This document shows, piece by piece, positions 34,346-43,833 of a stretch of 64,000 bases of DNA (position 1 is its first letter; each line of letters begins with the position of its first letter). Location of the stretch: assembly GCA_944383835.1 (NCBI GenBank), contig CALWRE010000158.1, forward strand, positions 6,008-70,007. The letters are read 5' to 3'. Source of the DNA: an uncultured Lachnospiraceae bacterium (GTDB taxonomy: Bacteria > Bacillota > Clostridia > Lachnospirales > Lachnospiraceae). A program made the translations under genes and the position numbers. A model generated the notes under the pieces. It was not told the DNA's origin. It was given only the letters and a program-made list of their open reading frames with translations, and did no database searches.

Positions 34346-36163
34346 ATGAGAAAAATGAAGAATCTGTGGTTTGCCAAGCTGGTGGTCATTGTGTTTCTGG
34401 GGATCCTTCTGGCTGGGCTGGTGACGGAGAGCGTGACGGCGGTGTCGGCCGTGCAGGCGGTGATGTATTATTTTGTGCTGTATTTCGGTTATCGCTTCGG
34501 GGCGGGAAACGGGGCCTTTGCCGGTACGGTCTGCGGGGTCGCCGAGACCCTGCGCCAGCAGGATATGGCGCCTCTGGGACTGTTCTGTCTGATGGGGACT
34601 TTGGCGGGGGCCTTTCGCCGCCTGGGCCGGGTTCCTTCGGTCCTTGCCTTTTTCTGCGGGGCATTGGGAATCGGCTCCCTCTATGCCCTGGAATATATGG
34701 CCGGTTCCGTCCCGGAGATGACGACGGCGGCGGTTCTCTTCCTTCTGACGCCGCCGGAGCTTCTAAGAGCGCCGGAGAAGCGGGGGGAGCCGGACGGAAT
34801 GGAACAGCTGCAGAGGTTTCGCCTGCTGGAGGCCTCCGCCTCCTACGGAAAACTGGCCCGTTCCCTGGCAAATACCAAGGAGGGGCAGAGAAGGATAAAG
34901 CCGGAGCAGGCTGCGGAGGCCGTGCAGAGGACCTCGGATATGGTCTGCGGAGGCTGCCGCCAGTGCAGTCTGGGAAAGGGCGGGGAGACGCCGGCAATCG
35001 AAACCGGCCTTTTATGCGAAAAATGGCAGGAGAGCGGCAAGGTGGATGCGGAGGCTTTTCCGGAGGAATTTCGGACGGAATGTCGCCGCCAGGAAATGTA
35101 TCTGGAGGCCCTTTCGGACTGCATGGCCAATTTTGATTACGATGAGGGATGGAAAAGCCGGTTTTTTGAGAGCCGGGAGGCAGCCTCCCTGCAGTTTCGG
35201 GAGATGGAGAGGATGCTGCGGGAGATGGCGGACCGTATGGGCCGGGAGACGGATGTGACCGGGGAGTTTGAGAAAAAGGTGCGCCGGACCCTGCGCCGTT
35301 TTCACCTGAAGGTGGACAACCTGCTGGTTTTGGAAGGGGCGGGGGCCAGGCAGGAGGCCTATTTGACGGTCAGCGCCGGAGGGGAGGGCTGCGTTACCGT
35401 GAAGGAACTCAGCGAGTCCGTGGGCCGGACGATGGAAAGAAATATGCGGGCGGCGGAGGGCGGGAGAACCGTGGTGGGAAAGGAGCCCTGCACCATCCGC
35501 CTGGTGGAGGACACTTCCTTCCGCCTGCTGTCCGGCGTCGCCAGGGTGTGCAAGGACGATGAGGACATTTCCGGCGACAGTTTTTCCGCCCGCCTTCTCC
35601 CTGACGGGAGGATGATGCTCTGCCTGTCCGACGGCATGGGCTCGGGAAGGGCGGCCTTTTTGGAGAGCAAGTTTTTGACGGAGCTTTTGGAGGAGCTTTT
35701 GGAGGCCGGTTTTTCACCGGAGCGGGCCATCTATATGCTCAATGCTCTGCTGGTGGTAAAGGGGGACGAGCGGCCGGCCACCTTGGACCTGGCGCTGGTG
35801 GATCTGTATACGGGGCGGGCCCGCTTTTTCAAGCAAGGGGCTGTCAGCACCTTTATCCGCCGCGGGGGAGAGGTGCTCGAGATCGAGCCGGGTTCCCTTC
35901 CGATGGGGATGGACTGCGAGGCGGATCCGGTATCCGCCCATGGGCAGCTGCGGGACGGGGATATGATTGTGATGGTGACGGACGGCGTTTTGGACGCCTT
36001 CCAGGAGGAGGACAAAGAGGGGGCCCTGCGCCGCCTGCTTGCAAAGAGCACGACCCTCAATGCCAGGGAGCTGGCCGAGCAGGTGCTAAAAGGCGGCTGG
36101 TCGGAGGATCGGGAGGCAAAGGACGATATGACCGTGCTGGCGGCAGGGGTCTGGAAAAAGTGA
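34346..36163 (+). CDS. spoIIE: Stage II sporulation protein E (PP2C phosphatase), short-membrane-domain form
   Basis: N-terminal TM helices and C-terminal PP2C motifs (SGDSF...LSDGMGSG...VMVTDGV). The position before tilS-hpt-ftsH matches Bacillus. Confidence 0.85.
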   Translation: MRKMKNLWFAKLVVIVFLGILLAGLVTESVTAVSAVQAVMYYFVLYFGYRFGAGNGAFAGTVCGVAETLRQQDMAPLGLFCLMGTLAGAFRRLGRVPSVLAFFCGALGIGSLYALEYMAGSVPEMTTAAVLFLLTPPELLRAPEKRGEPDGMEQLQRFRLLEASASYGKLARSLANTKEGQRRIKPEQAAEAVQRTSDMVCGGCRQCSLGKGGETPAIETGLLCEKWQESGKVDAEAFPEEFRTECRRQEMYLEALSDCMANFDYDEGWKSRFFESREAASLQFREMERMLREMADRMGRETDVTGEFEKKVRRTLRRFHLKVDNLLVLEGAGARQEAYLTVSAGGEGCVTVKELSESVGRTMERNMRAAEGGRTVVGKEPCTIRLVEDTSFRLLSGVARVCKDDEDISGDSFSARLLPDGRMMLCLSDGMGSGRAAFLESKFLTELLEELLEAGFSPERAIYMLNALLVVKGDERPATLDLALVDLYTGRARFFKQGAVSTFIRRGGEVLEIEPGSLPMGMDCEADPVSAHGQLRDGDMIVMVTDGVLDAFQEEDKEGALRRLLAKSTTLNARELAEQVLKGGWSEDREAKDDMTVLAAGVWKK

Positions 36164-36240
36164 AAGGTTGATTTTTTGCGTGAAAGTGGTTATAGTAAAG
36201 GTATGACAAGGTTGGCCGAAAACAGCCCGGAGGCGCGGCG

Positions 36241-37758
36241 ATGGCAAAGAAGATGGCAGATAAAATGACGGGCTTTGTCCGAGCATATATAGAGAAGCAT
36301 GATTTGATACAGACTGGGGATTCGGTCGTCGTGGGATTGTCCGGCGGGGAAGACTCGGTCTGTTTGCTGTCTGTTCTGCGGGAATTGGCGGGGGAGATGG
36401 GATTTTCCCTGCGGGCGGTGCACGTCCACCACGGGATTCGGGGGGCGGAGGCCGATGAAGACATGGAATTCTGCCGCAGGCTCTGCGGCGATTGGGATGT
36501 CCCTTTTGAAGGAATCCGGGTAGATGCGGCCGGGACTGCGGCCCGGCAGAAACGCTCTCTGGAGGAGGCGGCCCGGTCGGAGCGCTATCGGGTGCTGGAG
36601 GAATGCCGGAAAAAGGCGAAGGCACAGCGTATCGCCATGGCCCATCACCGCCGGGATGAGGCGGAGACGGTTTTATGGAATCTGTTTCGCGGGACGGGGT
36701 TAAAGGGGCTGGCGGGAATGGAGCCGGCAAACGGCTGCGTGATCCGTCCTCTTTTGGATGTGCCAAAGGAAAGCATCCGGGCCTATATGGAGGAAAAGGG
36801 TCTTTCCTGGAGGCTGGATTCCACCAATGAAGAGGAAGGCTGCACCCGCAACCGCCTGCGCCTGCGTCTCCTGCCCTATGTGGAGGAGGAGATAAACCGC
36901 CAGGCCGTCGCCCATGTCTGTCAGACGGCGCAGATCGCGGGAAAGGCCGACCGCTACCTGCGCGGCCAGGCGGAGAAATGGCTGGAAAAGGAGCAGGAGC
37001 CGGAGCGGAAGCAGGAATCGGAGCGGGAGAAAGCAGACGGCCGGGAAGAGAAAGGCGGAAAAATCGAGCCGTGCGGCCGGATCTGCGTCAGCGCCGGAAG
37101 GCTTGCCGGGGAGGAAGAAATTCTGCAGGAATACATTGTCCGCCTTGCCTGCGAGAGGATGGGGGGACTCACCGATATCTCCGCCCGCCATATAGCAGCG
37201 GCGCTCTCCCTTCTGGAAAAGCGGCAGGGGGCGGCGGCCTCCCGTGAGGTCAGGCTGGCCGGGCAGATCCGCGTCCGGCATTCTTACGGGCAGCTGATTT
37301 TTGAGAGGGGCGAGGGGGAGGCAGCCTGCCGGACGGAGGACTGGGCCGTCCCGGAGCCGCAAACCTATCCCGCCCGTATACGTCTGGGAGGAAAAATCGC
37401 GGAGCTTCAGGTTTTTTCTTATGATAAAATGCAGGAAATTCCAACAAACCAGTATACGAAATGGCTGGATTATGATAAAATAGAAAGACCGCTTATTTTT
37501 CGTAACCGCCGCCCAGGGGATTATTTTTATATGGCGGGCGGCGGAAGAAAAACGGTAAAGGCGTATATGATTGACCAGAAAATTCCGGCGAAGGAGAGAG
37601 ACGGCGTCGCCGTGGCGGCCTGCGGCAGCCATGTGATGTGGATCGAAGGCCGGCGCTTGGACGAAGGGGTAAAAGTGACGGAGGATACCAAAGTCATATT
37701 GCAAATAAAAATGTACGGAGGAGAAGAAGATGGAGAAGATTCGGGTTCTGATTCCTGA
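36241..37758 (+). CDS. tilS: tRNA(Ile)-lysidine synthase
   Basis: PP-loop VGLSGGEDS and the C-terminal TilS substrate domain (RNRRPGDYF...K.YMIDQKIP..ER). It has an acidic insert (EKEQEPERKQESEREK...). Confidence 0.9.
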   Translation: MAKKMADKMTGFVRAYIEKHDLIQTGDSVVVGLSGGEDSVCLLSVLRELAGEMGFSLRAVHVHHGIRGAEADEDMEFCRRLCGDWDVPFEGIRVDAAGTAARQKRSLEEAARSERYRVLEECRKKAKAQRIAMAHHRRDEAETVLWNLFRGTGLKGLAGMEPANGCVIRPLLDVPKESIRAYMEEKGLSWRLDSTNEEEGCTRNRLRLRLLPYVEEEINRQAVAHVCQTAQIAGKADRYLRGQAEKWLEKEQEPERKQESEREKADGREEKGGKIEPCGRICVSAGRLAGEEEILQEYIVRLACERMGGLTDISARHIAAALSLLEKRQGAAASREVRLAGQIRVRHSYGQLIFERGEGEAACRTEDWAVPEPQTYPARIRLGGKIAELQVFSYDKMQEIPTNQYTKWLDYDKIERPLIFRNRRPGDYFYMAGGGRKTVKAYMIDQKIPAKERDGVAVAACGSHVMWIEGRRLDEGVKVTEDTKVILQIKMYGGEEDGEDSGSDS

Positions 37759-38254
37759 GGAGGACGTGGACAGAAAGATCGGAGAGATCGGCGCTCAGAT
37801 CAGCAGAGATTATGCGGGAAAGGAAGTGCACCTGATCTGCGTGCTCAAAGGAGGGGTGTTTTTCACCTGCGAGCTGGCGAAACGGATTACCGTGCCCGTC
37901 TCCCTGGATTTCATGTCGGTTTCCAGCTACGGGGATGATACCAAATCCAGCGGCGTGGTGCGCATCGTCAAGGATCTGGACGAATCGCTGAAAGATAAAG
38001 AGGTATTGATTGTGGAGGATATCGTAGATTCCGGCCGTACCCTGTCGTATCTGGTGGATATGTTAAAGGACAGAGGGCCAAAGAGCATACGGATCTGCAC
38101 CCTTCTGGACAAACCCTCCCGTCGGGTGAAGGCGGTCCGGGTGGACTACACCTGTTTTTCCATCCCGGATGAATTCGTGGTGGGATACGGGCTGGATTAT
38201 GCGCAGAAATACAGAAACCTTCCCTATATTGGCGTAGTGGAAGGAGTCGAATAA
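37730..38254 (+). CDS. hpt: Hypoxanthine phosphoribosyltransferase
   Basis: PRPP loop VLIVEDIVDSGRTL and the conserved C-terminal GYGLDY..KYRNLPYI. Confidence 0.95.
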   Translation: MEKIRVLIPEEDVDRKIGEIGAQISRDYAGKEVHLICVLKGGVFFTCELAKRITVPVSLDFMSVSSYGDDTKSSGVVRIVKDLDESLKDKEVLIVEDIVDSGRTLSYLVDMLKDRGPKSIRICTLLDKPSRRVKAVRVDYTCFSIPDEFVVGYGLDYAQKYRNLPYIGVVEGVE

Positions 38255-38281
38255 AGTTTAGCAGCGGAAGGAGATGCGTTT

Positions 38282-40105
38282 TTGGACAGACAGACAAGAA
38301 GCATGGGGAGCTTATGGGTGCCCCTGCTGATCATTATGGTTTTGCTGATGTTTTTTATGCGGGACATGGTGAACCAGACGCCCGCGTACACCAACCAGCA
38401 GTTTGAGCAAGCCCTGGAGAGGGAAGAGGTTCAGGCGGTGACCATTGAGCAGTCCGCCACGGTGCCCACCGGCACCCTGAATATTTACCTGAACGACGGC
38501 AGCATCGTGACGATGGCCGTGTCGGATGTCAATGCGGTGCAGGAAACCCTGGCCGAATACAATATTTCCGTGACGGTGGAGCCGGTTCCAGAGCAGGATC
38601 TGGGGTTCACGGTGGTGCTGCCGATCCTGCTGGGCGTGCTGCTGATCGTCGTAGGGATGATCACCGTGATCAGCCGGATGATGGGCGCCAGCTCCAACAG
38701 TAAGATGATGAATTTTGGCAAGAGCCGGGCCAGGCTTGCAAAGGACGCCGGCGAGACCAATTTGAGCAAGGTGGCCGGCCTCCAGGAAGAAAAGGAAGAG
38801 GTTCGGGAAATCATCGATTTCCTGAAAGACCCGCAGAAGTTTACGCAGATGGGAGCGAAGATCCCCAAGGGAATCCTGCTCGTCGGCCCTCCGGGCACAG
38901 GCAAGACCCTGCTTGCCAAGGCCATTGCAGGGGAGGCAGGGGTGCCGTTTTTCAGCATTTCCGGTTCGGATTTCGTGGAGATGTTCGTCGGCGTCGGCGC
39001 CTCCCGCGTCCGCGACCTGTTCGAGGAAGCGAAGCGGAATGCTCCCTGCATTGTGTTTATCGATGAGATCGACGCTGTGGCCAGACGCCGCGGCAGCGGA
39101 CTGGGCGGCGGCCATGACGAGAGGGAGCAGACGCTGAACCAGCTCCTGGTGGAGATGGACGGCTTTGCGGTCAATGAAGGCATTATTGTGATGGCCGCGA
39201 CCAACCGGGTGGACATCCTGGATCCCGCCATCCTGCGTCCCGGCCGTTTTGACCGGAAGATCGTGGTGGGCCGGCCCGACGTCAGGGGCCGGGAGGAGAT
39301 CTTGAAGGTTCATGCGGCGAACAAGCCTCTGGGCGACGATGTGGATCTGGAGAAGATTGCCCGCACCACCGCAGGCTTTACCGGGGCCGACCTGGCCAAC
39401 CTCTTAAACGAGGCGGCCATCGTGGCCGTGCAGGCGGGACGGCGGTTTATCAGCCAGGCCGATATCGAGAAAGCCTTTGTAAAGGTGGGAATCGGCACGG
39501 AGAAACGCAGCCGCCTGGTTTCCGAGGAAGAAAAGAAGATCACCGCTTACCACGAGGTGGGGCATGCGATCCTGTTTGAATGCCTGCCGGATGTGGGACC
39601 GGTGCATACGATTTCCATCATCCCTACCGGAGGCAGCGCAGCCGGCTATACGATGCCGCTGCCGGGCAAGGATGAAATGTTCAACAGCCGGAAAAAGATG
39701 CTCCATCATATCATGGTGTCTTTGGGGGGACGGATTGCCGAGGAGCTTGTTTTCGATGATATTACGACCGGGGCGTCCCAGGATATCAAGCAGGCTACGG
39801 AGATTGCCCGTTCGATGGTGATGGAGTACGGCATGTCCAAAAAACTGGGCCTGGTGCATTACGGCAACAACAGCGAGTTTGTCCTGGGCAATGAGCTGGG
39901 GCACACCAGGGATTACGGTGAGACCATCGCCACGGAGATCGACGCTGAAGTAAAGCGGATTGTCGACGAATGCTACACGGAGGCAAAGAAGATCCTGGAA
40001 CAGCATAAAGATGTGCTGGAGAAGGGCGCGGCGCTTCTGTTGCAAAAAGAGAAGGTAGGAAGAGAAGAGTTTGCAGCATTATTTACGACTGCAGACCAGG
40101 GATAA
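38282..40105 (+). CDS. ftsH: ATP-dependent zinc metalloprotease FtsH
   Basis: TTG start with GGAAGGAGA RBS. Walker [12 protein letters not shown] region and the zinc motif HEVGHA. Confidence 0.95.
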   Translation: MDRQTRSMGSLWVPLLIIMVLLMFFMRDMVNQTPAYTNQQFEQALEREEVQAVTIEQSATVPTGTLNIYLNDGSIVTMAVSDVNAVQETLAEYNISVTVEPVPEQDLGFTVVLPILLGVLLIVVGMITVISRMMGASSNSKMMNFGKSRARLAKDAGETNLSKVAGLQEEKEEVREIIDFLKDPQKFTQMGAKIPKGILLVGPPGTGKTLLAKAIAGEAGVPFFSISGSDFVEMFVGVGASRVRDLFEEAKRNAPCIVFIDEIDAVARRRGSGLGGGHDEREQTLNQLLVEMDGFAVNEGIIVMAATNRVDILDPAILRPGRFDRKIVVGRPDVRGREEILKVHAANKPLGDDVDLEKIARTTAGFTGADLANLLNEAAIVAVQAGRRFISQADIEKAFVKVGIGTEKRSRLVSEEEKKITAYHEVGHAILFECLPDVGPVHTISIIPTGGSAAGYTMPLPGKDEMFNSRKKMLHHIMVSLGGRIAEELVFDDITTGASQDIKQATEIARSMVMEYGMSKKLGLVHYGNNSEFVLGNELGHTRDYGETIATEIDAEVKRIVDECYTEAKKILEQHKDVLEKGAALLLQKEKVGREEFAALFTTADQG

Positions 40106-40171
40106 AAGTAAAACTGCACAAAACGAACATGTGATTTTTGTAAAGTTTGTGCACACTTATTTGGGGAATAG

Positions 40172-40283
40172 TGCTATACTAAATAACGTAAAACAACCCC
40201 CCCAATACATTAGTTTTACAAACCCCATAAAATGAAATACCTTCTCCTAAATCGGACAGCAATCCATATTGCTGTCCCTTTTA
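40172..40283 (+). ncRNA. Candidate small RNA or attenuating leader with C-rich motifs
   Basis: Extended -10 TGCTATACT (40172-40180). Hairpin GTAAAAC/GTTTTAC (40187-40219) has C7 in its loop. A single-stranded CCCC (40223-40226) and CCTTCTCC (40240-40247) follow, then terminator GGACAGCAAT/ATTGCTGTCC + CTTTT (40254-40282). Confidence 0.35.
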
Positions 40284-40326
40284 CTATCTATGGAAAGGAT
40301 TGAAGAAAGGTGTATGGGAGACTGTA

Positions 40327-42315
40327 ATGAACAGGGAAGCAATCTTTTGTGACGAGACGGAAGACTACCGGATGCCGTTGGAGCCCATGGCTGGGGAGAC
40401 GGTTACCTTCCGGCTGCGTGCAGCCAGAGGGGACAGCCTGCAGGTCCGCCTGGCGACAGACAGGGGGGAACACAGGCTGGAGCGTGTTTCCAGTGAGGGA
40501 ATGTTTGATTATTATGAGACTTCCTTCCCGGTAGGGGAGGAGCCTTTCTGCTACTGGTTTATCATCGGGGATGGAAACGAGGAAGCGGAATATAACCGGC
40601 TGGGATTTCGGGAGAGAAGGGATGAATCATCCCTGTTTCACGTGACGCCCGGGCGAAAGACACCTGTCTGGGCAGAGGGGGCGGTGATGTACCAGATCTT
40701 TGTGGACCGCTTCTGCGACGGCGACCGCTACAACAATGTGCGGGACCGGGAGTACCGCTATGTGGGGAAGGACGCCGAGGCCGTGGAGGAATGGTACGAT
40801 ATGCCGGAGCCCTTTGATGTGCACCGCTTTTACGGCGGCGACCTGCAGGGCATTCTCGATAAGCTGGATTATCTCAGCCGGCTGGGCGTCGAGGTTTTGT
40901 ACCTGAATCCGATTTTCGTCTCCCCTTCCAACCATAAATACGACTGCCAGGATTACGACGCGGTGGATCCGCATTATACCCTGATTGCCAAAGAAGGGGA
41001 TTACACCACCCGCGTGACCGATCCGGCCAATCTGGAGGCCTCCAACGCTTTCTTTGCCGCCTTTGTTAAGGAACTGCACAGAAGGGGGATGCGGCTGATC
41101 ATCGATGGCGTGCTTAACCACTGCGGTTCCTTCCACAAGTGGATGAACCGGGAGAAGATTTACCGTCGTCAGGAGGGCTATCCTGCCGGGGCCTATGAGT
41201 CGAAGAGCAGCCCCTATCACAGCTATTTCAGCTTCTCGAAGGATGAATGGCCGGACAATGACAGTTATGAGGGCTGGTGGGGATATGAGACCCTGCCGAA
41301 GCTCAATTATGAGGGCAGTGAGGAATTGTGGAAGGACGTCCTGCGCATCGGCCGCAAATGGGTATCCGAGCCCTACGGGGTGGATGGCTGGCGCCTGGAT
41401 GTGGCGGCGGATCTGGGGCACAGCCCGGAGACCAATCACCGGTTCTGGAAGGAATTCCGCGATGAAGTGCGTAAGGCCAATCCGGAGGCTCTGGTTCTGG
41501 CGGAGCATTACAGCGATCCCTATCCGTGGATCCGCGGGGATGAGTGGGATACGGTGATGAACTACGGGGCCTTTATGGAGCCGGTGACCTGGTTTTTGAC
41601 CGGGATGGAAAAGCACAGCGACAGCTTCCGCCCGGACCTCTTAGGCAACGGGGAGGTTTTTTGGGATACGATGCGGGAAAATATGCCGCGGCTGGGAGGC
41701 GGCCTTCGGATTGCGATGAATCAGCTGTCCAACCATGACCATTCCCGGTTTTTGACGCGGACCAACCGGACCGTGGGCCGGCTGGCCACGGCGGGGGGCG
41801 ATAAGGCGGCCGAGGGAGTGCGCTTCAGCTCCATGTACCAGGCGGTCGTGATGCAGATGACCTGGCCGGGAGCCCCGACCCTTTATTACGGGGATGAGGC
41901 CGGGCTCTGCGGCTGGACCGATCCGGACAGCCGCCGGCCCTACCCCTGGGGCTATGAGAATACCGGGCTGATTTCCTTCCACCGGGCAGCCATCGCCATG
42001 CACAAGAGCCACCGGAGCCTGCGAGCCGGTTCCCTTCACGAGCTGGTCTGCGACGGGCCGGTGATCGCCTATGGCCGGAGCCTGGGGAAAGATCGGGTCG
42101 TTGTAATCGTCAATGTGGACGAGGGCTCCCGTCTTGTCTCGGTTCCCATCTGGAAGACCGGGGCGGATCCGGAGGGCGTCTTTGTCAACCTGCTGAAAAC
42201 CTCGCCGGTGGGCTTTGACCAGATTCCCGATGAATTTACCGCTGCAGGCGGCATCCTGCAGATTCGGATGGTGGGGCAGTCCGCTATTGTGCTGGGGGAA
42301 AAGACGGAGGCGTGA
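40327..42315 (+). CDS. GH13 alpha-glycosidase (neopullulanase/cyclomaltodextrinase-like)
   Basis: N-terminal EAIFCDE...-type N-domain. GH13 regions DGVLNH, GWRLDVAADL, LAEHY and NHDHSRF. Confidence 0.9.
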   Translation: MNREAIFCDETEDYRMPLEPMAGETVTFRLRAARGDSLQVRLATDRGEHRLERVSSEGMFDYYETSFPVGEEPFCYWFIIGDGNEEAEYNRLGFRERRDESSLFHVTPGRKTPVWAEGAVMYQIFVDRFCDGDRYNNVRDREYRYVGKDAEAVEEWYDMPEPFDVHRFYGGDLQGILDKLDYLSRLGVEVLYLNPIFVSPSNHKYDCQDYDAVDPHYTLIAKEGDYTTRVTDPANLEASNAFFAAFVKELHRRGMRLIIDGVLNHCGSFHKWMNREKIYRRQEGYPAGAYESKSSPYHSYFSFSKDEWPDNDSYEGWWGYETLPKLNYEGSEELWKDVLRIGRKWVSEPYGVDGWRLDVAADLGHSPETNHRFWKEFRDEVRKANPEALVLAEHYSDPYPWIRGDEWDTVMNYGAFMEPVTWFLTGMEKHSDSFRPDLLGNGEVFWDTMRENMPRLGGGLRIAMNQLSNHDHSRFLTRTNRTVGRLATAGGDKAAEGVRFSSMYQAVVMQMTWPGAPTLYYGDEAGLCGWTDPDSRRPYPWGYENTGLISFHRAAIAMHKSHRSLRAGSLHELVCDGPVIAYGRSLGKDRVVVIVNVDEGSRLVSVPIWKTGADPEGVFVNLLKTSPVGFDQIPDEFTAAGGILQIRMVGQSAIVLGEKTEA

Positions 42316-42337
42316 TTCTCTTCCGGTGCATTCTATT

Positions 42338-42721
42338 TTAATTTTCACAGCAGGGCTTCCAGGAGGCGCTATTGCCTGCGGAGGCTCCTGCGTTTACGGC
42401 GCGGTCTGGAGTAAAATCCAGGCCGCGTTCGTAGTCCCGGACCTGGGCCCGCAGTCTTTCGTACTCCTGGCGCAGAACCTCTTCGCCGCGTTCCGTCAGA
42501 AGGTAGCTGCGCCGCCGCCCTTCCACCTTTGTCTCCCGGATAAAGCCGGCGCTTACAAACTGCTCCAGCAGGTTGTACAGGGTGCCGGACCCCACATGGA
42601 CCCGTCCGCCGGTCATGGCCGGAATCTGTTCCAGCATATCGATTCCGCAGCATTCCTGCCTCAGGCAGAGGAGGATATAAAACATCTGCTCTGTCAGTGT
42701 CTGAAATTTTTCTCTTGGCAT
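42338..42721 (-). CDS. PadR-family transcriptional regulator
   Basis: MFYILLCL....CGIDMLEQI.......V.VGSGTLYNLL..F...GFI pattern. Confidence 0.9.
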   Translation of the reverse strand: MPREKFQTLTEQMFYILLCLRQECCGIDMLEQIPAMTGGRVHVGSGTLYNLLEQFVSAGFIRETKVEGRRRSYLLTERGEEVLRQEYERLRAQVRDYERGLDFTPDRAVNAGASAGNSASWKPCCEN

Positions 42722-42857
42722 AGTCTATTTCTCTTTTATTTCCTTTCTACTATTTGTTTTGCCTGCTTTTCAACCTGTTTTAGCCAGGGATTTCTGGTGA
42801 GCGCTGTTCTCTGTACTGATTTCAGTCCGAAATTTAATGGAACTATTAAGATAAACG

Positions 42858-43730
42858 TTATAAAATTGCCGGTATAATCATGCCAAACAGCAGGAGGATC
42901 AGAAGCAGGCCAAGGCCGAAGGAACGGCCGAGGTTCTGCCAGCAGGAAACACCGGCCTTCCGCATTCTGCCCTGCCAGAACGAAAGAAAAAGGATGATGA
43001 GCAGGAGGCCTCCGCTTAGTACGGCCGTCCCTGCCAGGCCGAGGGCCGCAGTTAAATAGACGGCGACAAGGAAGAAAAGAATCGCATAGCAGAAACAGAA
43101 GGCAAGTTTTCCCAGCCTGCTAGTCTTTCTTTCCAGGAATATGCCCTGGCGGGCTGCTTTTCCGGCCCGGTATATCCAGGCGAAGGCGGAAAACAGGTCG
43201 GCGAGAAGCAAAATGCTGCAGAATATCCAGATCACCAGCCAGAAGAAGGACGGATCGGCCAGGTGCTGTGCAGGGGTGAGGGTCAGAGTGCGCCGAAATC
43301 TCCGGGACGAAAAACTTGCAAACAAGACGTAAGCTTCCGGAAGGATCACGCCCCATAGGAGAGCGTTTCGGACGCACCGGTATTGGGTCAGGGGATCGGT
43401 CTCAATGGGGACGGGAGCCGGGCTTTCGTTGTAAAAAAGATGCATGGATTTCCACCAGGCGGCCAGGCGCCAGCCGTCCTGGGAGCAGTATTCCAGAAAA
43501 TCCTGCTTCTCCGCATCGTTATCCGGGTCATATGCGGTGTAACCGGCGAGGTAGACGACGGAAAAATGCAGGGGCCTGGGTTCGATGCGCCGGTAACGCC
43601 AGGAAAAGCCGCTTATCCCTTCCACCAGCCAGCCCTGTGCCGCCATCCGTTCCGCCTGCTCCCGGATTGCGGCCGAGTCAAAGAGGGAAGAACGGGAAAA
43701 AATGCGAAATTCACGTCGGTGCTCTCTCAT
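42858..43730 (-). CDS. DUF2812-like membrane protein (PadR-associated)
   Basis: N-terminal soluble domain (AAIREQAERMAAQGWLVEGISGFSWRYRR) followed by several TM helices. Adjacent to padR. Confidence 0.7.
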   Translation of the reverse strand: MREHRREFRIFSRSSLFDSAAIREQAERMAAQGWLVEGISGFSWRYRRIEPRPLHFSVVYLAGYTAYDPDNDAEKQDFLEYCSQDGWRLAAWWKSMHLFYNESPAPVPIETDPLTQYRCVRNALLWGVILPEAYVLFASFSSRRFRRTLTLTPAQHLADPSFFWLVIWIFCSILLLADLFSAFAWIYRAGKAARQGIFLERKTSRLGKLAFCFCYAILFFLVAVYLTAALGLAGTAVLSGGLLLIILFLSFWQGRMRKAGVSCWQNLGRSFGLGLLLILLLFGMIIPAIL

Positions 43731-43833
43731 GAATCCTCCTTTCCGGCAAGCTTTCTGCCAGAGTCTGCCATTCTGTCTCATATCTCGAATATCGAGGTTT
43801 CTAATTCCAGTATAATCTCGATATTCGAGAATG

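Noticed and set aside
34081-35136. ORF 34081-35136 (+) and the N-terminal extension of the spoIIE ORF from 34196
   Set aside because: Both overlap the TetR gene start region and are frame-shifted relative to the spoIIE TM domain. The ATG at 34346 gives a sensible N-terminus (MRKMKNLWFAKLVVIVFLG).
40106-40170. Inverted repeat TGCACAAA...TTTGTGCA and a cre-like TGTAAAGTTTGTGCA upstream of the GH13 gene
   Set aside because: The central CG of the cre consensus is missing and the arms are about 28 nt apart. I cannot support a CcpA or LacI operator call by eye.
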